From: Vicugna vicugna
Taxonomy: Eukaryota
NCBI GenBank assembly: GCA_013265495.1
Contig: MU063682.1
Coordinates: 62,001 to 126,000, forward strand
Direction: 5' to 3'
Length of the DNA stretch: 64,000 nt
In this document: positions 1 through 53,650 of the stretch, piece by piece
Layout: the number at the start of each line of letters is the position of its first letter
How positions within the stretch are numbered: position 1 is the first letter of the stretch
Notes under the pieces: generated by a model
Database searches by the model: none
What the model was told of the DNA's origin: nothing
Seen by the model: only the letters and a program-made list of their open reading frames with translations
Made by a program: the position numbers and the translations under genes

Positions 1-629
1 AGGTGTCGTTGCTCCTGGGCCCTCTCTGTGGACAGAGTTAGGGAATATAAGTCTCTGATACACAGAGTATAACAGAGTAATATCTCCAGTTCCACAGAAT
101 CCATTCTAGTTTTCTCCCATTGCATGTTTGTGGCTCCTTCAACAGTGAGATATCTGTCTCCTATGGTCCGTAAAATTTGCACTGATTTGGTCAGTCTCCC
201 TATTTCCACCACCTCTCTTTCTCCCTTGCACACATGCCCTCCTCAGCCACTCAGATGTCAGTGCCCCCAACATGGAAGCCCTGAATTTCTCTGGTGGGCC
301 ACCTCTCCTTAGGAATTCCTGTCTCACTCAGCTTGATTGGGCTTCAACGCCCACAGCAGCCACGTCTCCATGTTGACAGCCTCCTCACCTGCCTGGGCTC
401 CAACCACCTGTCCTGAGCTGTCGTGACTCCCTGGCACCAGGTGCCTGCCTTGTTCTGCCACATCTCATGACTCTGGGACTGAATTCAGCAGGAGGGCCAA
501 AGCAGGGGGTGGGTAGATGTAATTTAAATACACCTGGCAAAATCTGGCATATTCAATTCACTTTGCTATTTAAAACCCCCCCTGTTCCACATCTTCGTAT
601 AAAATGAAAATGCCCTTTACCTTCAGTCT

Positions 630-740
630 TTTTTTTACTGAGTTCATACTATGTGCTAGGCACTGTGCTAGGCTCAGGAGACACAGAAGTGAAACAAAAT
701 AGACACATACGACTCCTGGAGATCACCTTGCAGTTAATCT
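630..740 (-). mobile_element. L2 (LINE2) 3'-end fragment
   Basis: actgagttcatactatgtgctaggcactgtgctaggc resembles the L2 3' consensus; bounds approximate. Confidence 0.65.
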
Positions 741-2132
741 CAATTTCATTCATATATTGGGGTTGCTTGGTATTCAAAAGGAGGTCTCACTGTGAGCTGC
801 TGATAACAGCACTGAATTAACTGAATAGAGCCAACAAAGATAAAGTCTGTATAATTTTATGCATCCAGATTTCTGGAAAGATTGTCACAGTTCAAGTGTT
901 TTGCAGAACATTTAGTTTATAAAATGATGGCTAATTTGGGGGCAAGTTTGGAAGGGCGCATCTATACTCTTGATGATGTACACATATCCTTTGATTCTGC
1001 TGTTTCATTTCTGGGAAATTCTGAGGAAAGTAGTCAGGGATACACATGAAGGTTGGTATGTACTGAACACCAGGGGGTAAGGTAAACTGTGGTATCAGCC
1101 ATGCAGTGAGACAGCTCACAGCCATTACAGAGCACAGACAGGTGTTAGTGCTCAAGGACAAAGTGGGGGAAGAGGGCACACTTTGGTTCCAATTGTATTA
1201 CGTAAAAAGTACCTTCATGCTTCTAAATTAGAAATGTATAATCCTTTACGATTGTAGTAATTGTCTCTGGATTATGAGAAGTTAATTTTTAGGAGAAAAC
1301 TCGTTAACTACAGTCACTCTGTTACATAGTACTTTTATGGAGGTGTAATTGACATACAAGAAAAGGGCATAGATCTTGATTTTTTCATGTCTAATGACTT
1401 TTGACAGTTATGTACATCTGTGTAACTGCAAAACAGGAAGTTACATGTTTTTTCTAATCGAGTCTCACTGGAATTTTAGTGGCTGGCATTCAGTTAAACT
1501 TGCCCATCATTTGTACTGTTACATATTCTGCATGTAGCTTCGCTTCCTGCGGATCAGTGAGAAGTCTTCCCAGTTTTGAGAGTTTTTCATGCTGCATCTT
1601 TTGCACCCTGGTGGTTGTCCAGTAACTGGCAACCAGGGAGAGTCTCAAAAGCGGGTAAAATATTCAAGAGATGTTTCTAGAGATGCTTTTATATATAAAG
1701 AATCACCTTGAAACCTTATTTCTGAGTATGAATTTCAGTTTCTGGCTCATCGTGACCCGAGTTTATGTATTTTCATGGGAGAAAGTGTAGAGCAGTTTTA
1801 TGGCTGAGAAATGCTGGGGGTGTGGTTTCCCACTCTGTTCTTTAGCTCTGGAGGCTCAGTCTGCTGTGCCCATGAGTAGTGGTCAGAGCGTCCATTACCC
1901 GGGAGTGACCTAGGTGTACGTCCTGGCACTGAGTGCTTTGCAAACAGTTTATTGCCTTCTCACAGTCCCAAGGGCTTCCTGTATTGTCCACAGTTTACAA
2001 GTGAGAAACTAAGTTATAGAACGTGGCCGCTTGCCCAAACCTCATTCCGCATACAGGAAAGGGCAGAGCAGGAGTAAAACCCGGGTCTGGCAGCATGTGA
2101 CTGTGCTCAAGGGTCTTGGGAAGGAGCGCTGA

Positions 2133-31254
<29,122 letters not shown>

Positions 31255-34200
31255 AGGGGCTCTGGCCGCCTGCCCCGAGGACCGCCGCCACGCAACCGGA
31301 TGCTGATGCTGCGGAGTCTCACCGACGGATGGATGCACCGTCCACCCCCGGGAGGGACTGAGAGACCTCCCTCTCTTCTCCACTCCTGAAAGCAACGTCG
31401 TCCAACCAGCTTGCACCCCTGGATACGTGGCATTGACCTGCTTGCTTGAATACGAAACAAACAAAAAAGCAGACGACTCCATTCCCATCTCCTTTCCGCC
31501 ACGACTGTGGAGGGACAGCCTTCGCGCAGTGCAGATGAGCCGTCCCTCCTGTCCCGCTCCCTCCTGGCCGCAGGGGCCCTCACAGCGCTTTCTCCCCGCC
31601 CGCCTCCTGTCTGTCCCCAGGCACACTGGTTTGGCAGCAGGGCCATTTTATTAGTTGGAGACTTTTTGTTTTAAAAAGCAGCTAAAGATTTTACAAAGGA
31701 GAAAGGAAAAGAAAACAAAAACACAAGCTATGTCTGTGTAGCTGGACTTTTATATGTCCTTCACCATTCTCTCCCCACCCCCTTTTCTGTTCTGGTAGTT
31801 TCCTATGAACTCTCTCCTGTTAGTTTGGCACATCACAGCGATACCTTAAGAGATGACTCTTAAGAATGTGTCCTCTCCTGATCTCTGTTGGTTAATCCTT
31901 GAGGTTACTTGTAAAAAGGAGTGGTGATTTAAGATACGCTCCTAAGCACAGGGTGTCCCACCGTGTGCTTGGGAGGTGGTGATGAGATAGAGTTCCAGCC
32001 CCTGGCCTGATGGCCCAGGGGAGCTTACGGGCAGCCCAGTGAGGTTAATGGCGTTTTTAGCATAAGAATTAAACAGAATTTCTGTCTTAGACTCTTCTGA
32101 AGCTAGTGGGAACACTGACCGCTGGGCACCCAAGGTGAATCATGGAGATTAAGGCTCTGGCATTTTCCAGCTTGGCCTGGGCAGTGCACGGACAGCACCA
32201 GGCACCATCACCCTTCAGCGTCTCTGCTTCTGGGGCTTCAGCACCTTCAGGGGCTGTTTCACATACTCCCCCTTTCCTCAAACTTTCCATATCATGCCCG
32301 TCTCCTTCCTTCTTCCTGAGCCTGCTGCCTCCTCTCTGGGTCCTCCTGTCCCTCCACTTCCCATGCAGCTAGAAACCGGTTCCTCCGTGTGGTGATGGGA
32401 GTGGGGGTGGCTGTCACCAGAGACCGTGCAGTTCCTCTGCATAGTGACCAGAGGGCATGGATGGCGGTTTGGCTGGATCTGCACGTGGTCTGGGAGGCTG
32501 CTGGGACAGAGAGGCCTGAACTGGGCAGTGGGTGTGGGTCTTTGCAGAGGCCAGAGCAGGGTCCGGGGGAAGGTAAGATGGGTCGCAGGGCTGACCGTGG
32601 TTCTGGAACAGCCTGGGTGGTCTCTTGAGTCTGCAGAGCCGCCTCTGTCAGGATGTGTGTGTGAGGCATTTTATGCTGGGGGTTTTCTTGTTTTTAAAAG
32701 AAGAACTAGAAGGAAATCCTCCCAGATTCTGTCATCCCAAGGAAGGGCGAGAGGATGTTTATTTCAAGCTTTGCACATTCTCTTCAGAGTAACTAACCAG
32801 CCATCTACCTGTCATTGCTGGTGGGTCCAGGGAAGACCTGGCTCAGAGGATGAGGGGGTAGGCAATAGGGGATGTGCCCCGGGCCGTGGTCTTCGGCTCC
32901 GTGTCCAGTGAGGACACAGGAAAGGAAGTGCCTCGGGGACCACTGGGGTCACTGCTCGTTGCTCCTCACTGCTTTAAGGGAATGGGGACAGCCTCCTAGC
33001 AGAGTGCCCAGGTCTCTTCCTGGGGTCATCTGGAGAGGACCGGATGCTTTACTGCTTAAACAATAGCTTTCAGCACTCCCCTCCTTGCCTCTACTCTCAG
33101 ACCTTACTTCTCACTAGCCTGTCTTTTTTTCTCCTTCATCCCCTGAATCTTGACCCTAAAGTCCCTTCTCAAAGGGCCACCCATTGAATGGAGGGCCCCG
33201 TGTGCCCATGCGCTCTCCACCCACTTCCCCGGCGGGCATCTGGCTGCTGTCCCAGTCCCGAGCCGCCCTCCTCTCTGCTTCCGGCCGCCCCTGCGGGAGC
33301 CACACACTTACAGTTAGAAAACACGGCCAGACCCCTCACACTTAATTCCAGTGCACGTTGTCTATCAAAAGGAAAAAAGTTTTTGTCACTTTGGAATTCA
33401 ACAGAACAGTCCTGGATGCTGTTACAAACTCAAGATGTACCCTTCAGGTGAACCTGCCATCACAGTGACAGTGCTCCCTGTTTGAGGGGGGAAAAAAGGG
33501 TCACCTGTTATCCTGCCCTTTTCTCTACCCCTGTATCCCCCACTCNNNNNNNNNNNNNNNNNNNNNNNNNNNNNNNNNNNNNNNNNNNNNNNNNNNNNNN
33601 NNNNNNNNNNNNNNNNNNNNNNNNNNNNNNNNNNNNNNNNNNNNNNNNNNNNNNNNNNNNNNNNNNNNNNNNNNNNNNNNNNNNNNNNNNNNNNNNNNNN
33701 NNNNACCACCTCTCTGTGCCCAAGCTGTGGTCTCTTTCCCACTAAGATACGGATTTTGAATTGAACTCTGGAGGCAGAAGGTAGGCCTCAGGCCTGCCCA
33801 ACACCCAGTCCCTTCCTTGGCCTGATTAAATGCAGAGTTAATCAGGTCTGATTAGTGCAGACATGTTTTAAGGTGCAATATCTCTCCTCTAATGTGGTTT
33901 TTAGAGCCAAGCTCAAGGTAATAGGACTTAAGGTCTTACTTTGGCTTCAAATCCCCATCCTCAGAGTGCATGTCCATGCAGAGGCCTCTGCCAGAATGCT
34001 GTGAGGCTTTGGCGGGAACAGGCGAAGACCAGCACTTAACTTTTCTGCCACTGAGGTTGTGGGGGGTGTCAGAACCTTCTCCCTGCACCTTTGCCTACTA
34101 AAAATGCCCTCTCTTCTGATGCTGGCAGCTTTGCCCTGGCTGTTGAAGCTGTAGCCCGCTACTCGGCAGCAGTGACCCGCCGTAGTGCACGTCCAGCGTC

Positions 34201-35555
34201 AGTTTCTCAGTGGGGTGAAGCCCCAGAGTGTGGGTTCATGTATCTGTGAGGCGTCGTCCCCCACTGAAGACTTCTTTGTCAGCTGTATTTGGTCTGGTTT
34301 TCTTTACCATTGCTTCTCTCTCTTTTTTTTTTAATCAACATGATTACTGTTTTCAAACTTGGAATTCATACACTTCTGGCTCTTGGTTCTTTAAGGGGGA
34401 AAACTAAAGGATGACTTTCCCACATTCAGGAAACTCGGTTGGTCCGGTTCCAAAGCCATGGCTATTCCAGCCATTTTGAGGGGATACTGTGGTAGCTTGT
34501 TAAATATTGGCATCAGTTCTCTCCAGCCGTACCCTCGTCCTCCTGTCTTCTGGATCCACCTTCTGGATGGTTGATGAGGTTTGTGACTAATGCCCACGGG
34601 CCAAGGAGGTGGAGGGTGTGCACACGTGTGCAGCCTCATGCAGATCTGGCCCCTTGGGGCAGTGGGTGGTGAACTGGGAAAGCCCCCTCTGCTGTTTGGT
34701 TCCCCTCTGCCAAGTAGCTGCATGTTGCCTCTCAAATTTGCATTTGTTCCTTTTCCCTTCTTGCAGAGCAAGCCTGGGTTAGAAGGTCTGTTGGAAATGG
34801 CCTTCCACAGCCAAGGACACTAGAATGTTTGTGCTTTGTTGTGTTCTGTGATGACTGGGAAATGCAGACTTCCAGAAAGCCAGCTCTTCCTGTCTGAAAA
34901 ATGTGAGACGGACCTAAGAGAGATCACCCCGACAGGAGTGGCTCAGGGACGGGGTCAGACGCTGCCCCCCAGCTGTGCTCTCGACCCGGACCACCAGCGC
35001 ATTTGTGGCTAGTGATCTTCCCGGTGCATCCCACCTGCTTTTCAGCTTTTCTCCAGCCGTTAGGTGGTCTCCAAGATGGCAGCAGTGTCTCCAGGGCCCT
35101 TCCTTCACGCTGCGAAGCCTGGGAGTGGAACTTTCTGTAAAGCTGCGTGGATGACTCTTCCGTTGTTCAGAGGGGATACTGTACTCCAGGCTTCGGACCT
35201 CATGCCTTGCATCATCAAAAGGGTTTGGGGTTTTGTTCCTGAGAGGGTGGTTTGTTTTTTTTTTCCTTATTTTGGCCTTTCCTCTCTTTGTCTTTTCACG
35301 TAGACCAGATATTTGAAAGGGCAGACGATGGCTAAAGGTGTAACATGCAGCTTGTTTCTACGTTGTTTGGGGGAGCTTTGACCTTGGATGGAAATGGAAC
35401 TGTGGACTCAACTGGCCATGGTGGCCCACTCACCCTCCCCTCTTCCCTCCGGTTCAGTACCTGTTGTTTCTCCTTTCAAATATGTGATTGTACTAGCTCT
35501 TTCCATATGAAAGAATTCTCCTTATTTAAATAAAAAAAGTTAAAAAAAAAAAACC
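31255..35555 (+). other. PRRC2B: PRRC2B 3'UTR (~4.3 kb; 3' end approximate)
   Basis: Runs from the stop codon to the AATAAA at 35529-35534; no further PRRC2B coding exon seen. Confidence 0.75.
35529..35534 (+). terminator. PRRC2B polyadenylation signal AATAAA
   Basis: Canonical hexamer after a U-rich 3'UTR end and ~1 kb before the POMT1 CpG island. Confidence 0.75.
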
Positions 35556-35879
35556 ACCGCTGAACATGCTTCCACAGGTTATGTGTCCTCGATTCTCTGT
35601 CATTTGACTAGAGACTCACAGACAAAAGTTTTCGTTCTCTGAATATCAGGAGAGACTGGACTGAAACACCTTATGGCACTCTGGGGGGAGGTGCGGTTGA
35701 AACCTGCGGTTAAAGCATCTTCCAAAGGGGTGGGTTAGCAGTCCCACCCCTGCCCTCGCCGTCCTGCTCTTCATTTGTCCTGTTTTGTTGCCACCTCTAG
35801 CATCCCATTTGGCTGTAAGTTAGAGAGGATTGTGCTGCACCTTGGGATAGGAGAGAGGAGGCCAGGTGCCGGCAGGGCA

Positions 35880-36030
35880 GTGTCGAGAGCTTGGATTTGG
35901 GTTCAAGCAATAGCTCTCATTTCTGCCATCCACTGGTGGCTTTGCGACCTTGGGAGAGTCACTTCACCATTCCTGAGTCACAATTTCCCTCACTGTAAAA
36001 CATGAGTTGTAACCAGTGCCTACCCCGTGG
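35880..36030 (+). mobile_element. MIR fragment
   Basis: gcgaccttgggagagtcacttcaccattcctgagtcacaatttccctcactgtaaaa resembles the MIR core. Confidence 0.7.
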
Positions 36031-36479
36031 GGGAGTGTGGCTGCAAGGAGGTCGTGGGCAGCTTGCACCAGGTAAGACTGTAGGAAACTTCTAAATTATC
36101 CCCAAGTAAGTTTAACAGTTTCCATGAGGAATCCCGGCCCGCAGATTCTCCTCCTGAGCCTCTCGACTGTAGAATCCTCGAGCCAGGGCAGGGAGGCGCT
36201 CAGCTCTACCGGCCACCCCGCCCCCTGGATTCACTGCTTCTGGTGACAGGCAGTTCAGACCTCGAGGAGCCCTGCCGCGAGGGAGCCCGGGGGCCCCACA
36301 GGACCCCACAGGATGGGGCCTCTGAATTCTGATGACGCGGACGGTCCCTGCTTTTGTATGAAAGACCAAGGGCTGAGAGCCCAACCCCAATCCTCCGGGG
36401 TCCAGGAAGCCCAGCTCCCTCCCTCCCCACAACCTAGGTAATGCCGCCTAACACCGGGTGACCAACATTCATTTCAGTT

Positions 36480-37300
36480 ATTGAACCTGCAGTATCCTTT
36501 TGTTCTTGAGGGTTAACTCCCATATCGACAAGGGGCCGGGAAGCAGGGTTGTCTTCCTGCCGGTTAATCGTCCCGGCCATTCCCTTAACCCGAGGTACTG
36601 TGTCCCGCTGCGGAGCGCGCTGCGCCGGGCCACGAAGGCTGTGTGGGGCCGGGGGGGACGGGGGGCGCAGCGGCCCCAGGCCCGCCTCCGCCTACGCGCG
36701 CGTCGGCGCCACACTGAGCGAAGTGCAGATAAGGTCCCACTGGGTCGTTTTAAGGAGGTGCCCGTGTTTGCGCGCATAGCAATCCCGGAGTGCCAAAGCC
36801 GTTACTGACCCCAAGGCGGCTTGAGCCCACACGGTGCGCACGCGCGTCGCCCTCGCCCACTGCGCACGCGCGCCACACCCCCCGCGGGGCCCGCAGACGC
36901 GGCGAGTCGAGCGTCGAGCGGGCCGGTGGGCGGCGGAGAGTGCCGAGCGCCCTCGCCCTCAACGGTCGGCGCGCCACCCCCCGCCCCCAAGGCCGATCCG
37001 AGGCGTGGCCGGGCGCGGGGAGCGGCTCTGCGGGGACTTCAAGAAACGCTGAGTACGTTTAGGGTGCTGGGGACTACAGCCCAGCCGGGAGCCGGACAGT
37101 CAGTGCGGGACGCGCGTGCGCGGCCTGCGGGGGAACTGGGGCCGGGGGCGGCCGGGTCCTGCGCGACCCAGCGGCGGGGCCGAGGGCAGGTGCGCGCCGG
37201 GAGAGGGGCCTGCCGTAAGACGCAGCCTGGGTCTGAGAAGGGAACGCCCGGGGCAGCTGTGCCCGGCGAGAAAGGGGCGGCGCCCAGGGGCAGATGAAAC
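36480..37300 (+). promoter_or_regulatory. CpG island / POMT1 promoter
   Basis: Dense CpG and very high GC; two GCGCACGCGC (NRF1-like) motifs at 36836 and 36862; lies just upstream of the first POMT1 coding exon. Confidence 0.85.
36990..37052 (+). other. POMT1: Probable non-coding POMT1 exon 1 (5' end unknown)
   Basis: Donor GA|gtacgt at 37053 inside the CpG island; inferred from the known non-coding first exon of POMT1. Confidence 0.5.
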
Positions 37301-37966
37301 CTTTGGGAAGGATAGCGGCCCGGGACAAGTGCAGCCTGTGAGAGAAAGGCAGTGCCTCCCAGGGCAGATCACATCTCTGGAGAGAAGAGGGGTGCTCAGG
37401 GCAGATGAAGCTGCAGGGAGAAACATCCAGGACAGATGTAGCCGTAAGGATGGAAGCGCACTGCTAGAGACCAGATGCAGAAAAGAGAAACAGGGTGCCG
37501 GAGGCAGATAAGAGAAGTGGAGCCCAAGGGAGGATGAAGCCTCGGGAAGGAAACAGGTTGCCGGTTGCACATGCGCCCTCAGGGTGAGAAAGGGGACGCC
37601 CAGGGGATGGTGCTGTCACAAGGCGGGAAGGGAGGGAGGCTCTGAGGCTCAGGGGATGGAGGTCACCTGGCTGTAAGCTGTTCACACTGCCCAGATGAGG
37701 TGAGGCAGGGAGGCAGCCTCATTCATTGACAGGAAGTGCCCAGCAGGTGTTGGTGGAGCGAATGAATATTCAGTTCTGAATCCCCACCTTGGTTGACTGC
37801 TGGTACCCACCTGACTTTCTCAGCAACCCCACACCGTGGTCCTCCCTGGTGCATCCAGGGTCCTGTTCAGTCTCTTGTGAGTCTTCAGGGTGCCTGCCAC
37901 AGGTGTTCTGATGACAATTTCCTGCTTTTTTCCCAGAGCATCCTCCCACGCCTGCTTTTTTGCAAG

Positions 37967-51711
<13,745 letters not shown>

Positions 51712-52346
51712 CAGTTCAGGAGCATGGTGAACGGCAGGGCCGGGTCGGGCCAAGGTAGAAGCCTCTTTTAGGAGCGTGTGTTTCTGACCAGCAGACTGGC
51801 TCTCAGTGTGGTGGGGACTCTGGCTCGACAAGGACTCCTTTCTGGTTTTGTCCCTGGAACGGTCCCCTGACTACCACATCATTTTGAGCAAAGTCTACTT
51901 TTCCCAGGCCACAAAGAACATGCTCTCCCTCCACTGACTCCTAAGAGCCTCCTGAACTGAGTGTGGAGTGGCCAGCGTAGGACTCGGGGATGGTGGAGAA
52001 GAGGCAGGAAGGGAGTGAGTTAGGTCAATCCAGACAGGGCCCCGGTCCTGCTGACAGAGGCCAGTGATGGGATTTGGCTGACGGGCCTGGTCCTGCTCCC
52101 CCAGAGCCCCTGTCCCCAGCCAGGCCTTGAGGAATCACCCTCACGCTTCAGTGCCAGAGAAGCTACTGGGGTGACAGCCCTGGTGAGGTGGTCATGGGAC
52201 ACTGGGTGTGACTCCTCACTGTCACTGACTCTTAGAACCCCCTGCCCTGAGATTCTGCCGAGAGGTATGTGAGCGAGTAGTGCCTTTAACCGCCAAGGTT
52301 TGTCATCTGTACACTTCCTTGTCCTGAATTCACCCTTTTTTATGTA

Positions 52347-52352
52347 ATTAAA
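52347..52352 (+). terminator. POMT1 poly(A) signal ATTAAA
   Basis: Strong variant hexamer ~640 nt after the stop, with U-rich upstream (ttttttatgta) and GU-rich downstream sequence. Confidence 0.7.
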
Positions 52353-52384
52353 AAGGGACAAACGGGCATTCGTAGTCGATGTTA

Positions 52385-52390
52385 TTTACT
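52385..52390 (-). terminator. Probable UCK1 poly(A) signal AGTAAA
   Basis: Reverse complement of tttact; U/GU-rich downstream element on -; I saw no canonical AATAAA on - between here and the UCK1 stop. Confidence 0.5.
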
Positions 52391-53468
52391 GATTCTCTCT
52401 CCAAGAGCACAGCAAGCTTGACAAGCCTGTCACATGGTCATCAGAACCGGCCACCGAGTCCAGCCACGCTCGATGGACGTTGTCTTGCGTGAATACAGTT
52501 AGTACTCGGGAGCTGGTGGTGATGGGAGGGGATCAGTTTTACAGAAACAGCTGCCACGTGGGAGGGAGGACAAGCCAGGACAAGCCCACGAGCGTCTGAG
52601 GCGCGGACGCAGGGAGAGCATGGGGACAGGCCGCCTCTGGCAGCAGCATCTGTCCGTGCCCCTTCGGTCCACACACACCTTGGCCGCGGGTGGTGTCCCC
52701 TGGACTTGGCTGCGGGTGGCACCGGGGAAGGCCTGTCCAGACAGCAGCTGGGCTCAGGGGCCCTGAGCAGGACTGTGAGGGCGCTGCGCCTTCTAGAAGG
52801 CGGGCCCCCACCAGGCAGGCTCAGGGCTGGGTGAGCCGGGCACTCCCCCCGTTGTGTGTTTGTTGCTGGTTAAGGAAACGCTTGCTCCCCAGGGCTCGCC
52901 CCGGCTCTGCCTTCGGAGCGCAGGCCAGGAGGAAGGAAGCCCCTCTCTGGCTCCTTGAGTTCCAGATCCGTACGTACCGGGTTCACGACCCACTGGTGGG
53001 TCACGAGACTGGGCTGAGGGGCCACCACGAGCAAGGGGTTAGGCAGCGTACTGCAGCAGAAAACGTGGCTGTGTAACGCAAAAAGGCCTGCAGCCTTCTG
53101 CTTCGGTTACGTGTGTGTGAAACAGACCAGTCTTCCTCACTGTGTCCTTACTGTCATGGTCACAGCAGCCAGGCTGTTTCCTCAACATCCCCCCAGGTAC
53201 GTTACTTGCTTCCCACGTGTTGGGTGGCATTTCTCAGTAACTAGAGGCTCAGCCTCCTTAACTCGAGGCGGCAGGTGAAAACGTCAGGGTCGCCTGCAGA
53301 TAGCCTGTCAAACCCAGTTTGAATGACGCGTCCAGGATTCCCGAGTTAGTGAGGGACCCCAGACCCTGACACCACCCCGTCCATACCGGCCGCTGAGAAG
53401 AAGTGGCGGTTGCGTTTTTGGTGGCAGGCGGGCATCTCTGGACCGCCGGGAGCCGAGCACCCCGCTCC

Positions 53469-53650
53469 TCAGTGGGGCCTGCTGCTGGACTCCAGGTGTG
53501 ACCGTTTGCCCGAAGTCAGCACCCCGGGGTGGTCCCCGGGCTCGGAAAACGTCCTCTTGTAGCTGCGCCCGTTGGACCCTCCGCGGTGCCACTTGCAGAT
53601 GTCGCCGTTGAGGATGTCCTGGATGTGCTGCACAATCAAGTTGATGGCCA
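53469..53650 (-). CDS. UCK1: UCK1 exon 7, coding part ([13 protein letters not shown]...SSRPH*)
   Basis: ctgcag acceptor; TGA at 53471-53469. Confidence 0.95.

Noticed and set aside
32068-33830. Proximal ATTAAA hexamers (32068, 33825) as alternative poly(A) sites
   Set aside because: Possible, but downstream elements are unconvincing and hexamers alone are weak evidence.
33873-34038. 8-mer miRNA seed matches in the PRRC2B 3'UTR (GTGCAATA, miR-25/92 family; AGCACTTA, miR-302/372 family)
   Set aside because: A few seed matches are expected by chance in 4.3 kb; not meaningful without conservation data.
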